From: an uncultured bacterium | GTDB taxonomy: Bacteria > Patescibacteriota > Gracilibacteria > Absconditabacterales > Absconditicoccaceae | Assembly: GCA_947168725.1 (NCBI GenBank) | Contig: CAMVNA010000004.1 | Location: forward strand, 10,110 to 74,109 | Reading direction: 5' to 3' | Length of the DNA: 64,000 nucleotides | In this document: positions 1-13,952 of the stretch, in pieces | How the letters are laid out: every line of letters starts with the position of its first letter | How positions within the stretch are numbered: the first letter of the stretch is position 1 | The notes under the pieces: generated by a model | The model's database searches: none | Told to the model about the DNA's origin: nothing | Seen by the model: only the letters and a program-made list of their open reading frames with translations | Made by a program: the position numbers and the translations under genes

Positions 1-902
1 AACGCACATGCTACAAAATTCATTCAAGTCATATTTCACGAACAACTTAAATTTTCTGCCAAATTAGATATTTTTGAATTATCTATTATTTTTACGGAAT
101 TTAACACATCTTTATAAAATTTCTGATTTCATTCTAAAACAGAAACAGTCCTACTATAACTCTTTTTTAAATTATCATATCATGTCTCCATCAAAGAATA
201 TATACCCATAAATTCTTCAACTTTTTTCTTTGGATCAAAATTCTCTATCGTACTCACATGTAGTACTTGTGCATACTTAATTTTAAACAAATCTGACATT
301 ATTCATTCAAAAATTTTTGTAACATAAACAGACAAATCACACCCCTCCAACCCATTATTTTCATTTAATGAACATAAATCTTTTCATTTAGATTTTTGTT
401 GTAAATGTAATAATTTAGATATATCTCATTTATAAACACCCTTCAGCGAACTATTATTTCATAGTTTTTCATCAAAAGATGAACACAAAGCATATAGAAA
501 CAATGATTGATGAGAATCAAAAGTTTGTTCCCATGACACATTATCCGTCTTACTACTAGATACTGCAAAATAAACTCTTCCCGTTCACGAACCTCAAAAC
601 AAAGAATTACAATATGTTTTAATCAAATCTATTGTTTGTATATCAGAACCAATATCTGAAATTTTATTTGTAAAAACCGGCGGAACACAAATTTTTGCAT
701 TATCTATATCCTCATTTCCACGATTAGGTAGAACGCTTGTAACACAATAAGGCTGCTCATAATTCTCGGAGACGGATACACATCATCCATCTTGTTCAAT
801 ATTAATACAGGCCTCATCTTTCCATGAAGCAACAGAAAAACAAGGTAAACACACAATCACACACACAAATAAACGTTTAATACACTTATTATAAACTCTC
901 AT
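1..902 (-). CDS. hypothetical secreted Cys-rich protein (C-terminal part runs off the window)
   Basis: Code-25 ORF with ATG at 902-900. The N-terminus MRVYNKCIKRLFVCVIVCLPCFSVASW looks like a signal peptide. The frame stays open to position 1 with several in-frame TGA codons. Confidence 0.5.
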
Positions 903-935
903 AGTAAAAACAATCAAATAAAAGGTATCCAATAA

Positions 936-2435
936 CTAACCTGAACATTGTTTATCAACAATTTTTTGTAAAACATCCTTTAACTTAGACGTATTATTCA
1001 TGGTCGTATTAACTTGCCTCAAAAGTCAATCACCTTGCGAAACTAAATCAGAAACATCCGATGAAATAGCATTCTCCAAAGACTGTCAATATTGACCCAT
1101 AACTTCCTCAAAGATATTCTCAAAATCAGCATTCAATTCAAAAGAAAAATTAGAATTATACCCAATTTTATCTCAAAACATCTTACTCCACCATAATTTT
1201 CTATCTTGAGTGGACATATAGGATGACAATCATGCAAGATTTTTATTTTGAGAAGTTATATTTTTAGATAAATTATCTTTTTGTTCATTTTTTGATTTTT
1301 TTTCTTTAGAATATCATTTTACCTCAGACCAAACTGAAGAAAAATCTCATAAATCTAAAGAAGCATTAACCCACTTTCAACATGTTCGATTTGGACCCCA
1401 ATAAGCCCTCAATTGAGCCATCTCATAGTCACTTATTCACTCACACATATTACTTCTATTATTTTTAAAGTCCCACCTTCCTTTACCAACAAGAGCCCCC
1501 CACAAAGTATTCATAGAATTTTTTACATCTTGAATCGAATTTTTTACTGAATCCTTACCATTACTTACCGCACCATCAATACTACTCACAAACAAATTTA
1601 CAGATGGATTACATACTGAGAATCCCATTACATCCCTATAATCACCTGTCAATTGATCAATCGCTTTCTGACTAAATTTCAAAGCAAAATTCTGTCCATT
1701 ACAGACATTACCTCAAGCTCAAAGACATCAATAATAAGCAGTCAAACCAGACTTTCACAGTTTTCCACCAACCATAATAAAATGTTTCATTGCCGCATTC
1801 ATCTTTAATAAATCAGACAAAACATCTACCATACTAACATCTGGTACTGAAAAAGTTCTCTTTTCCAATAATCACATTTCTTCATATTTATTAACCAATT
1901 CCCAAAATTCACCCATTAAATTTCACTCAAGTGGACGTGTCAGATTTATTTGTTTTGAACGAAAATATGCAACATCAAATAACTGGCTCTCTATATCTAA
2001 CATTTCTTTATAATCTCTTACAGCTGGGCTATCCTTAAATAATATTGCCAATCATTCTATATTAGATTGAACAACCGAAGACGAAACCAAAAGAAGCAAT
2101 ACCGCTGAAGTAAGTAAATTAGAAACTGAAGATCTAATATTTCAAATAATACCATTCGCAATCAAATCTAGTGCAGATAACCCCAATACTTCTTTTGAAA
2201 ACAAACCTTTTGATGTAAATGTAACTTTTAAAAGCCTTTCATTTACTTTAGTTTCCAAAAGTAAATTTATAGCTTCTTTTTGAAAATTAAAATAATTAGA
2301 CATCATTTCAGATGGTCATGAACATACTTCAGGCTGACTTGTAGTAGTAACACTTGCCTCCACATAAAGAAAAGATGGGGAGAAAGCCCGAAATAACATA
2401 ACCGATACAACAATTAACAAATATTTTCTTCTCAT
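936..2435 (-). CDS. hypothetical secreted protein
   Basis: Code-25 ORF of 499 aa, from ATG 2435-2433 to TAG 938-936. The N-terminus MRRKYLLIVVSVMLFRAFSPSFLYVEA looks like a signal peptide. It absorbs track ORF 1437..1682 by reading through in-frame TGA codons. Confidence 0.55.
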
Positions 2436-2669
2436 AAAACGAAGTACTCAAATAAACACTCACAATTATACTCACTATCTTCAAAAAAAGCAAAAAAGAT
2501 AGCATTAAATTAAAGATTTCAATTTGACTTTAATTCAATTTTATATGGGACATTTAACATAGCAAAATAATAAAAATCAGATTGTTTTATTCTCTGGGAT
2601 TTATATAATCAAAAAACTTGTTAAAGTTTAGCAAGATAAGTACTTTATATTCAATTTATTCGCAAAATT

Positions 2670-5600
2670 ATGTTTGATCGATTAACTAACTTAATTTGAT
2701 GAGATTACAATCAAAAACAAATTAACACTATACGACCTATTGTAAATAAAATCAATGAACGATACGACAAATTTGAAACCCTAACAGACGATGAAATCAA
2801 AGCAAAGACTCCAGAATTTAAAGAAAGATTAAATAATTGAGAAACTCTTGACGATATTCTTCCAGAAGCTTTTGCTGTAGTAAAGCAAGCTTGTAAGAGA
2901 ATGGTTTGAGATACATATGATGTAAAATGAGAGAAGCAAACTTGGAACATGATTCCTTATGATGTTCAGCTTCTTTGATGAATCATTCTTCATCAAGGTA
3001 AAATCGCCGAGATGAAAACATGAGAATGAAAAACTCTCGTTGCTGCAGCTCCTGTATACTTAAATGCCTTATCATGAAACTGAGTACATGTAGTAACAGT
3101 GAATGATTATCTAGCATCTCGTGATGCTCAATGGATTGGATATTTGTATCAATGGTTAGGACTGACTGTTGGAAGCGTAGTAAAATGAACTCCCCTACAA
3201 AAAAGAAGAGAAGAATACTCTAAAGATATTACATATGTTGAAAATTCTGAATTATGATTTGATTACTTGAGAGATAATTTAGTTCAGACAATGGAAAGAA
3301 GAAATCTGATTTGGAGACCTTTGAATTTTGCTATTGTCGACGAAATAGATTCTATCTTGATTGATGAAGCTAGAACTCCATTGATCATTTCTGAAGCTAG
3401 AGAAGAACCTACAGAAAAATACACATATTATGCAAATATCGTAAATATGCTTACTCCATGTAGTGGAAAGAAAAAAGTAAGTAAATGACTTTTGAACGAA
3501 CTCATAAACGACGAGCCAAAAGATCAGGAAGAAGATGGAGATTATTATATCGACGAAAAAACAAAAACTGCTTCATTAAGCTGAAAATGAATCGCAAAAC
3601 TTGAACAACTTTTGAATGTAGAAAATCTTTATAAAGACTTCGGATTTGAAGAGATTCATCATATCGAGAACGCACTTAGAGCAAAAGCTGTTTATATCAG
3701 AGATGTAGATTATATCGTTTCAAACGGAGAAGTTCTTATCGTGGACGAACATACAGGTAGAACTATGCCATGAAGAAGATTTAGTGAATGACTACATCAA
3801 GCCATTGAAGCTAAAGAATGAGTACAAATTCAACGTGAATCTCAAACCATGGCTACAATTACTTATCAGAATTTTTTCAAGCAATATAAAAAATTGGCTG
3901 GTATGACAGGTACTGCTGCCACTGAAGCTGAGGAATTCCAAAAGATTTATGAACTCGAAGTAGTAATTGTACCTACAAATAAACCAATTCTCAGAGTAGA
4001 TAAACATGATAAAGTTTACTATAATCAACAAATCAAACGAAAATTCGTAAAAGATTATATTAAATTTTACCATGAAATCTGACAACCAATCCTAATCTGA
4101 ACTGCAGATATCGCTACATCTGAATATGTTTCTCGTATCCTCGAAAAAGATGCAATTACTCACTACGTTTTGAATGCTAAGTTCCACGAACAAGAAGCGC
4201 ACATTGTTGCGAATGCTGGTAAATATCAATCAGTTGTAGTAGCTACAAATATGGCATGACGTGGAACCGATATTAAATTGGAAGACTGATTAAACGAAAA
4301 AATGGCAACTAATTATGCTAAATGGTGTGGGAAACAATTGAAAAATCAAACTTCCGTAAAAGTAAATATTTATTCAAGAAAAGAATACGAATTAACTATT
4401 GATGCTCTAAAAAATCAATTTGAATTAGATGATGAAGATATCACAAAAGCAGAAAAATCTAGCTTTTCTAAAAATGGAATAAAAATCAACATTCAAACAA
4501 ACAATAAAAAGAAAGAGCAAACTGACGTTTTTGCAAGAATTACAATAGAATCCACCGAATGAAACAAGGAAAGTATCGAAAAAGATTTCCATTATGGATT
4601 ATTCATTCTCTGAACTGAAAAACATGAATCTAGAAGAATCGATAATCAGCTCCGTGGACGTGCTGGTAGACAATGAGATCCAGGAGTTTCCGTTTTCTTC
4701 GTAGCTTTGGATGACACATTAATGAGAAAAATGTGATGAGAAAGAATTCAGGCTATGGCGTGAATGTTACTTTCAAAGGAAGATTTAGCTGAGCTCGAAC
4801 TAACTCAAAAACAATTTACATCAGCCATAACTAGATCTCAAAAAGAAATAGAAGCTCGACATTTCAGTACCAGAAAACACTTATTCGACTACGATTCTGT
4901 AATCGATAAACAAAGAAAGAGAATCTATTTCACGAGAGATAGTATTATTGAAGCCGATGAAGATGAAGAAAAGAAAGCTGAATGGTTAAAAACAGCTAAA
5001 CAGCAATTTATGCTAGATTCACAGGAAATATTGAATACTCAAATTTCTACTGCAGAAGCTACATGACAAAGTACTTCAGATTTATTGTTAGTTCTAAACA
5101 AAGAGTTTTGACTAGAAATCGATGAAAAACAAAAATCTGAATACGAAAAAATGGATTATAAAACTTTAGCAAATAGTCTTGATCGTAGATTAATAGAATA
5201 TTTTACTACAATGCGAGAAAAATATGACCAAAATCTGCTTTTTAATATTTTAAGAGATGTAAATTTACAGGTAATTGATAAATTACGAGTAGCTCACATT
5301 GATGATATGCAATATTTAAAGGATAAAGTTGGATTTATGGGATATGCACAAATGGATCCACTTATCGTTTATAAACAAGAATCTTTTGAAAAATTTGAGT
5401 TATTACAGCAAAATATCAAAGCTGATACAACAACTAAATTAATGAGAATCGATTACCGTGCTGTAGCTGAACAGCAAGAGATGCAAAATCAATTATTTGA
5501 GATGGTACAAGATAATCCAGAGATTATGGAAAAACTAAAACAAGCAAGCAAACAATTCTGATGAAAAGTCCCTGTTCAAATTTCCAAAAAAGACGGTAAA

Positions 5601-5834
5601 GTAGTTATCCAAGCTTGAAACAAACCTATCGCACAAACAAGTAGCGATCCAAGAAAAATGATATTCGAGGATGAAGATTGAGTTGAAGTTTTCGACGCTG
5701 ATGATATCTGAAAATCTTCACCAAGTGAATGAGTAGTATTGCCAACAAGAAAAAAAGTTAGACCAAATGATCCATGTCCATGTGGAAGTGGTAAAAAATA
5801 TAAAAAATGTCATGGTGCTAATGAAGTAAAATAA
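2670..5834 (+). CDS. secA: preprotein translocase ATPase SecA
   Basis: Joins track ORFs 3267, 3849, 4302, 4764 and 5151 (all in one frame) through TGA codons. Motifs seen: [14 protein letters not shown] (both G are TGA), [30 protein letters not shown], and the C-terminal zinc motif [14 protein letters not shown]. Stop TAA at 5832. Confidence 0.95.
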
Positions 5835-5862
5835 GAATATTTTGGTAAAAACACTTAATTAT

Positions 5863-6747
5863 ATGTTAAAAGAAATCGTTAAAGATACAGTTAAGATACT
5901 TATAAACAGGCCTAGAATCATAAGGCTCGCTCTTTTGACATCATATTCATATACATTCTATCAGATTTATTGAATTATCTATTTCATAAATTGACTAGCA
6001 AATATGAAATACAATTCTGGAATAGATGTTTCAAATGCCTTAATATATTTCGTAAATGCCGTACAAAGATTTAATATACTATGGTTAATTATAACCATCG
6101 CTATAATATTTCTTATATGAATATCCATATTCTGACCAATATGAAGACAAGCCGTACTTTATAGTATTGATGACGAAAGTATGAAAACAGGTACAGCATT
6201 CATCAAATGATGGAAAAAATGGTGAATTATGGCAGAATTTGGATGAGTAAATATGTGGTGACTAAGTATGCGATCCGTCTTCATTTTTGTAGTCAGATTT
6301 CGGATGCTTTGATACTTAAATAATCCTGTAATTATAACTGTATTCATTATATGGATAACCTGTGTGTTAGGGAAAATTGTGCTTTGGCCTTATGTAAACT
6401 ATTACATAGTATTAAGAGACTTCTCTGCACGAGATGCTGTAATAAAAAGCATGAATTTAACACTTTCTAATTTATGATTAACTTTTAAAGGCCTCCTAAG
6501 ACAAGCTACCATCAGATGTAGATTTTTGTTCAATTCTTGCATTGCTATCTGAATTCCTCTACTTATAATGATTTTTTTCATACAAATGAATCTAATCAAC
6601 AACTCAGCAATTGAAATCATATCTCGAATACTTATATCTTTTTGAATAATCATATTCATTTATTTAGAAGCTGTCTTTAAAGCTTTTGATTATACTTATC
6701 GACACAAAATATTTTTGGAAGCAGAAAGACGCAATAACCTAAAATAA
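5863..6747 (+). CDS. hypothetical polytopic membrane protein
   Basis: I checked this 294-aa code-25 ORF codon by codon and found no TAA or TAG. It has many hydrophobic stretches (WLIITIAIIFLIG, VIITVFIIWITCVLG, IPLLIMIFFIQ). The minus-strand track ORFs 6159..6347 and 6402..6659 are shadow ORFs of this gene. Confidence 0.6.
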
Positions 6748-6774
6748 ATCTGACTTTATTTTTTGAGGTCCAAA

Positions 6775-7461
6775 ATGTATATTCACATAATCACTATTTT
6801 CCCAGAATTATTTGATTCATTTTTTTCTACATCATTACTAGCAAAAGCACAAGAAAAATGAATTCTGAAAGTGGATTTTTGTAATCCTAGACAATTCTGC
6901 ACAGATAAGCATCAACAAATCGATGACGAAATATACTGATGATGAGTGTGAATGCTAATAAAAGCTCAACCAATAATCGATGCCGTTGAATCTATTATCA
7001 AGAATAACAATCTCAAAAATTCAGATTTTAAAATTATCTTCCCTTCCCCTGCTAAAGAAGTTTTTAATCAAAAACTCTCTTACACATTTTCCAAACAAGA
7101 ACACTTAATTTTTGTATGCTGAAGATATGAATGAATAGATTATCGTCGAGAATTATATATACAAAAACATTATCCAGAACAATTCGAAAAAATTTCATTA
7201 TGACAATTCATCCTACTCTGATGAGAAGTTGCAACTATGACAATGATTGAATCAATTTCTAGACTTATTCCTTGAGTAATTAAAGAATCTGAAAGTTGGC
7301 AAAACGAAAGTTATTCTTTAAAAGAAAATATGCAAAACCTTGAAGAGCCTAATTACACTAGACCAGAAATCGTAGAATGATTCTCTGTGCCCGAAATACT
7401 TTTAACTTGAAATTCTGAAGAAATTGAAATGCGAAGAAAAGAAAACACAAAAACCATATAA
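6775..7461 (+). CDS. trmD: tRNA (guanine37-N1)-methyltransferase TrmD
   Basis: MYIHIITIFPELFDSF..., IDDEIYGGGVGMLIK and FVCGRYEGIDYR, with the conserved Gly residues encoded by TGA. Confidence 0.9.
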
Positions 7462-7500
7462 AATACTACGAAACACCACATATTACACATAATTTTAAAT

Positions 7501-7535
7501 AAAAAAAGTCCTCGGATGGAAACATGCCGAGGACT
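7501..7535 (-). terminator. rho-independent terminator of the minus-strand RNA
   Basis: A perfect 9-bp stem (agtcctcgg/ccgaggact) followed by a T7 run when read on the minus strand. Confidence 0.7.
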
Positions 7536-7720
7536 GGTGCTAGCGTCTTGGAAGTGCGCGCAAAAAGCTTGGACCCAAACGAGCAGGATTATACAAACAG
7601 CCTTAAGACTGATGCTACCAAATCTACGACCAAGTAGGGCACAAGAATTAACCCCGTAGAGAGATATACGCTAGCACAACATATTGGTGTACACTCATAA
7701 GACTCAAAATTCGTGCATGG
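7501..7720 (-). ncRNA. structured small RNA of unknown class (6S-like or SRP-like are untested guesses)
   Basis: A GC-rich island in an AT-rich intergenic region. On the minus strand, a 10-bp closing helix (GTGCTAGCGT...ACGCTAGCAC) is followed by the terminator hairpin AGTCCTCGG-N11-CCGAGGACT and T7. No ORF is present. The 5' end is uncertain. Confidence 0.55.
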
Positions 7721-7803
7721 ATATGCATAAGAAAATGAAAGTTAATTTCAAGAGAAAATAAATTAATTTTTATAGTTATCATCTACTAAGTCTATCATAT
7801 ATA

Positions 7804-7842
7804 CAAAAAATCTGACCGGACAATTAAGTCTAATCAGATTTT
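7804..7842 (-). terminator. possible terminator downstream of dnaK
   Basis: An aaaatctga / tcagatttt stem with a large loop, followed by a T-run on the minus strand. The stem is weak and AT-rich. Confidence 0.3.
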
Positions 7843-7859
7843 CTTTATTCTTTTATTAA

Positions 7860-9746
<1,887 letters not shown>

Positions 9747-9841
9747 TGTTTTATATTAATAAAGGAATAAAATACTGATGTAATTTTTGAGTTGTGAACT
9801 TAACTTTCACTAAAGTTTACATATTCAATATTAGATATAAA

Positions 9842-9869
9842 ATATCACTCAATCATCACAGGTGCTACA
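9842..9869 (-). promoter_or_regulatory. CIRCE-like inverted repeat upstream of dnaK
   Basis: atATCACTC-N9-aGGTGCTAc matches the HrcA operator consensus TTAGCACTC-N9-GAGTGCTAA at 13 of 18 positions. A second AGGTGCTAC half-site lies at about 9922. Confidence 0.35.
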
Positions 9870-9970
9870 AATATAATTATTTTTTTTTCTTTTGCAAGTT
9901 TTTTATCACTTTTTTTATTTAGGTGCTACATTTATCGAGAGAATCATTATTATACCAATACTTTTCATTC

Positions 9971-9997
9971 AAAAAAGCCGCGAGAAACACTCACGGC
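9971..9997 (-). terminator. rho-independent terminator after ORF 10004..10501
   Basis: On the minus strand, an 8-bp stem (gccgtgag/ctcgcggc) with one mismatch, followed by T6. Confidence 0.55.
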
Positions 9998-10003
9998 TAA
10001 TCA

Positions 10004-10501
10004 TTAGATTTCAAGAATTCTTGACGCCAGCTGATAACTTCCCATATCAAACATACCAGTTGAAACGATAAGTTGTGCAACATCCTTAAGCTCTTCTTTT
10101 GCCTCACCAACAGAAACATAATTTTTTTCTCCTGAAACAGTAGCATCAAATCTTGCCTTGAAGAAGTTAAGCTCTTTCATACAAAGAATGTCAAATTCAC
10201 CTACATCGTCTACGTTCAAGAAATCTTTTAAAGAAACAAACGTCTTAAAATTCTCAATGAGCTCATCTGTGGAAATATAATCATCCACGATAATCTCACC
10301 AATCTGCTTTAAAGCAAAGGCTCGCTGACCTGGAGTCGTTGAACACTTATAAAGGGCAACATACATATCCATATCATAGCATACGTAGCCTTCATGATAT
10401 TCTTCGACATAGCCCAGCATAGCATCATAAATGATACTTTTTAAGAACTCACTCTTTGCTGAATTATACTCAGCGACCAGCTTTTTAAAATGATCAGTCA
10501 T
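10004..10501 (-). CDS. hypothetical protein (TGA-free, compositionally atypical)
   Basis: A complete 165-aa ORF under both code 11 and code 25. It is visibly more GC-rich than its neighbours, has no TGA codon, and has its own terminator. Confidence 0.7.
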   Translation of the reverse strand: MTDHFKKLVAEYNSAKSEFLKSIIYDAMLGYVEEYHEGYVCYDMDMYVALYKCSTTPGQRAFALKQIGEIIVDDYISTDELIENFKTFVSLKDFLNVDDVGEFDILCMKELNFFKARFDATVSGEKNYVSVGEAKEELKDVAQLIVSTGMFDMGSYQLASRILEI

Positions 10502-10642
10502 AAAAAAATAAAAATATATTTATGCCTTTTTACGGACAAGATTATAATAAGTATTTAACTTAAAAAGTCAATACTAGGTTTATCCATTGAAAAAATGCTA
10601 AACATTAATAGAGTATAATCAGAATTTAATTATATTTGAATC

Positions 10643-11857
10643 ATGTCTATCCTACGAAAAACAATTAAATTCATATATCATTTCATAGACAAAATTCTGA
10701 CTACAATAACTCTGATTTTGATAAAACTATACCAATTAACCATCTCCCCTGACAAATGAATATTTTCATCAATACTGAAAGATAGAGTCTGCTCACATAA
10801 ACCACATTGCAGTGAATATGCCACTCAAATATTGAAAAGATACTGATTCTGCAAATGATTAGCTCCAATCACCGATAGAGTTTTATCCTGTAAACCAAGT
10901 AATAAAAAAATGTATGATCCAGCTTTTTATCGTATAGTTTTCTTCTGTAGTGCTAATATTTGAATTCCTTTTCTAGAAGAGCTAGATTCTGATAATAGAT
11001 TTGAAATTTGCTGAGTAGTTACACAAGCAGATAAACCAGCATGAAGATGAATGCAACTCAAGGAGAATCCAATCAAAACTAAAGCCAAGGAATTATTTCC
11101 AGATGAAGCTGAAGATTTCATTCAAACTCCATTGAAAATCAATCCAGAAAAAAGCGTAGAATGACAGAATTTTTACGATTGGTTAAAAGCTAGAAATCCA
11201 GATTTTCTAGTAGTTATTTCATATTGAAAGATTTTACCACAATCTATTCTAGATATCCCAACATTTGGACCAATCAATGTTCATTGATCATTATTACCCA
11301 AATACCGTGGAGCGTCTCCTCTCCAATCTATTTTCCTAAATAAAGAAGAAAAAAGCTGAATCACTATTATGCATATGAATGCATGAATGGATACATGAGA
11401 TATTATCGATCAGCTTTCTTTTCCTTTAAAATTTGAGCGAACTGTGAAAGATTTGATAACTGCTTTGGAAAAAGAGTGACCAAAATTTTTGTGTAACACC
11501 TTATGGAATTATGGTAAAAAACAGATTAAAGCTGAAAAACAAGATGAGAAAAAGGCTACAATTTGTCAAAAAATAGAAAAATCTGACTGAGAAATTGATG
11601 TTCATAACGATAAATTGGAAGATATTTATGCTAAATATAGAGCTTATGCAATTTGGCCAAAAATCTGGTTTAAATTGAATGAAAAGACCGTGATTATAGA
11701 AGAACTACAGCTTGATGAGAGTAAATATAATGAAAATAAAAATAAGCCATTAATTGAGTGAAAAAATCTCAGTCCTGCAGTAATAAATATTGCAATCAAA
11801 CCAGAATGAAAAAAAGCTATGGATTGGAAAAGTTTCTGTAATGGATATTTAAGGTAA
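10643..11857 (+). CDS. fmt: YidD-like membrane insertion efficiency factor fused to methionyl-tRNA formyltransferase
   Basis: A single 404-aa code-25 ORF. The N-terminal roughly 90 aa read ISPDKGIFSS...CSHKPHCSEYATQILKRYGFCKGLAPITDRVLSCKP (YidD-type Cys motif). This is followed by RIVFFCSANIGIPFLEEL...VVTQADKPAGRG...NVHGSLLPKYRGASPLQ (Fmt). Confidence 0.8.
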
Positions 11858-11884
11858 TACATTTTATCTTTATATAAATAGATT

Positions 11885-12430
11885 ATGTCTTTAGAAACTC
11901 AAAGATTAATCCTTCGTCCACGGCAAGATTCAGATGCTGAAGATTTATATAAATATGCTAGTTCTCCTGAAGTTTGACCAGCTGCATGATGGCCAATTCA
12001 TACGAGTGTCGAAAATAGTCTTGAAATAATCCATAATGTTTTATCTAAACCTGAAACTTATGCCATCATACCAAAAGACAATGATAATCACCCAGTAGGT
12101 AGTGTTGGATTAATGATTGGAAATAACAGTAATATATGAGTTCAAGAAAATGAGGCTGAAGTATGATATTGGATTGGAGTCCCTTACCAAGGAAAATGAT
12201 TAGTTACAGAAGCTGTACATGAAATACTTCGCCATGGTTTTGAAGATTTAAATCTTAAAAAAATCTGGTGTGGTTATTATGAATGAAACAATAAATCAAA
12301 AAGAGTACAAGAAAAATGTGGATTTAAATACCAATATTCGAATGAAAATACTAAATGCTCTATGTTAAATGAAATAAGAACAGAGATTATATCATGTATA
12401 ACTAAACAAGAACGATTGGATTCAAAATAA
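11885..12430 (+). CDS. GNAT family N-acetyltransferase (RimJ/RimL-like)
   Basis: LETQRLILRPRQDSDAEDLYKY... YWIGVPYQGKGLVTEAVHEIL...KIWCGYYEGNNKSKRVQEKCGF. Confidence 0.8.
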
Positions 12431-12435
12431 TATAT

Positions 12436-12951
12436 TTACTTCAACTGAAAATACTTCTCTAAAATAATCTTAAACCGCTGAGTATAGCTTTCAGAATTCT
12501 CTACTATATTTTTTTTCAATTTTTCAATACTAATCCACTTATAATCGGCTACTTCACCTGGATTCAAATCCATTTCTCCATCATAATATCATAAAAACAC
12601 ATGATCATACTCATTTTCAATTAATCAATTATCAAAATGAGCGGTATAACGAAACTCAAATATTTCTTCTAAATCTGTATCGAATCACATCTCTTCTTGC
12701 AATCTTCTATGAGCTGCATCAATATTACCTTCGCCAGGAAAAGGATGTGTACAAGTTGCATTACTCCACAATCATCCACAATGATATTTGTTTAAAGCTC
12801 TCTGCTGCAAAAGCATTTCTCATTTCTGATTTAAGATTAAAACAGAAATTGCCCTATGCAATACTCACTTCTTATGCACATCCATTTTTTCTCAAAGTCA
12901 GATTTCTTTATCATCTTCATCTACCAATACTATCTCCAATTTATCACCCAT
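12436..12951 (-). CDS. idi: isopentenyl-diphosphate delta-isomerase, type 1 (Nudix fold)
   Basis: VLVDEDDKEIGLGEKMDVHKKGVLHRAISVLILNQKGEMLLQQRALNKYHCGGLWSNATCTHPFPGE...EYDHVF. Confidence 0.8.
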
Positions 12952-12984
12952 TCTCTTCTCAAAAATCCAAAATAAAAACTGCAA

Positions 12985-13191
12985 CTATTCATCATCCAAA
13001 GAGCTTCTTATATTTTCTATCATAATTCTAGACATTCACCTAGGGTCTTTCATAACATCATGAAGTGCTTTTAACCAATCATCATGAGAATAATGCTTTG
13101 ATGTTGTTGAATCTATAGACGCTTTTGATTCAGCCTCACTTTCATCTTTTTTTAATTCCTCTTCTCTAGGAACATCACAAGATTCATGCAT
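12985..13191 (-). CDS. small acidic hypothetical protein
   Basis: A 68-aa ORF (MHESCDVPREEELKKDESEAESK...). It ends with TAG in the same frame as idi, 11 codons upstream of the idi ATG. Confidence 0.3.
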
Positions 13192-13227
13192 TTCTTTTTA
13201 TAATTAATTAATAAAAAATTTTTCAAA

Positions 13228-13764
13228 TTACTTTTCATTTATAAACTCAGAAATTAAATCAAAAATCTGATCTTCTACTTCATTTATTAAATCCTTTTCA
13301 TTTGGTTTGAATTTTGAAAGAACATAATCCACAACCATATTTGAAGTAGCAGGTCTACCTACTCCAATTCTAATACGATTAAAATCTTTTGTTCATAATT
13401 TTTCTATTATGTTTTTTAATCCATTATGTCATGCAGAACTTCATCATTTTTTCAAAGCCACTCTTCATACTACGAAATCTATCTCATCATGAAGAACTAA
13501 AATATTTTCAGGTTTAATCCTGTAAAATTTAGCTAATGGTCATACTGATTCTCAGCTAAGATTCATAAATGTTTGAGGGAAACAAAAAATTACTTTGTCT
13601 TCAAAATCATCTGAAACTAAGATTTCAGCTTTCCATTTATTATCATATTTTAATTTTCAGAGTTTTTCCCAATCCAAAAATTTTTCAAGCATTTCTGCTC
13701 AAATATTGTGGCGAGTAGCCTTATATGATTGTCATGGGTTCCCAAGTCAAACTACTAGTTTCAT
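13228..13764 (-). CDS. pth: peptidyl-tRNA hydrolase
   Basis: MKLVVGLGNPGQSYKATRHNIG...FPQTFMNLSGESV...VLHDEIDF..GGSSAGHNGLKNI...RIRIGVGRP. Confidence 0.9.
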
Positions 13765-13952
13765 AACATAATTTTTATTAAAAAACAATTAATTATATAA
13801 ATATACTTATTCAAGTCTAGAAGAAAATTTTGACTTTAAAAATCATTAAAAAAGGAACCTAACGGCTCCTTTTAAGAAATTTTACTAAAGTATTCTATAG
13901 CTTCTCTACCTATCTCTTTTTTTACTATTTTTTCAGTAGATCCTTATACATT

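Noticed and set aside
12952-13191. Possible TAG read-through joining the 68-aa ORF (12985-13191) to idi, which is in the same frame 11 codons downstream.
   Set aside because: TAG behaves as a genuine stop in many other reconstructed genes here, and the Idi homology starts at its own ATG. The shared frame is probably a coincidence.
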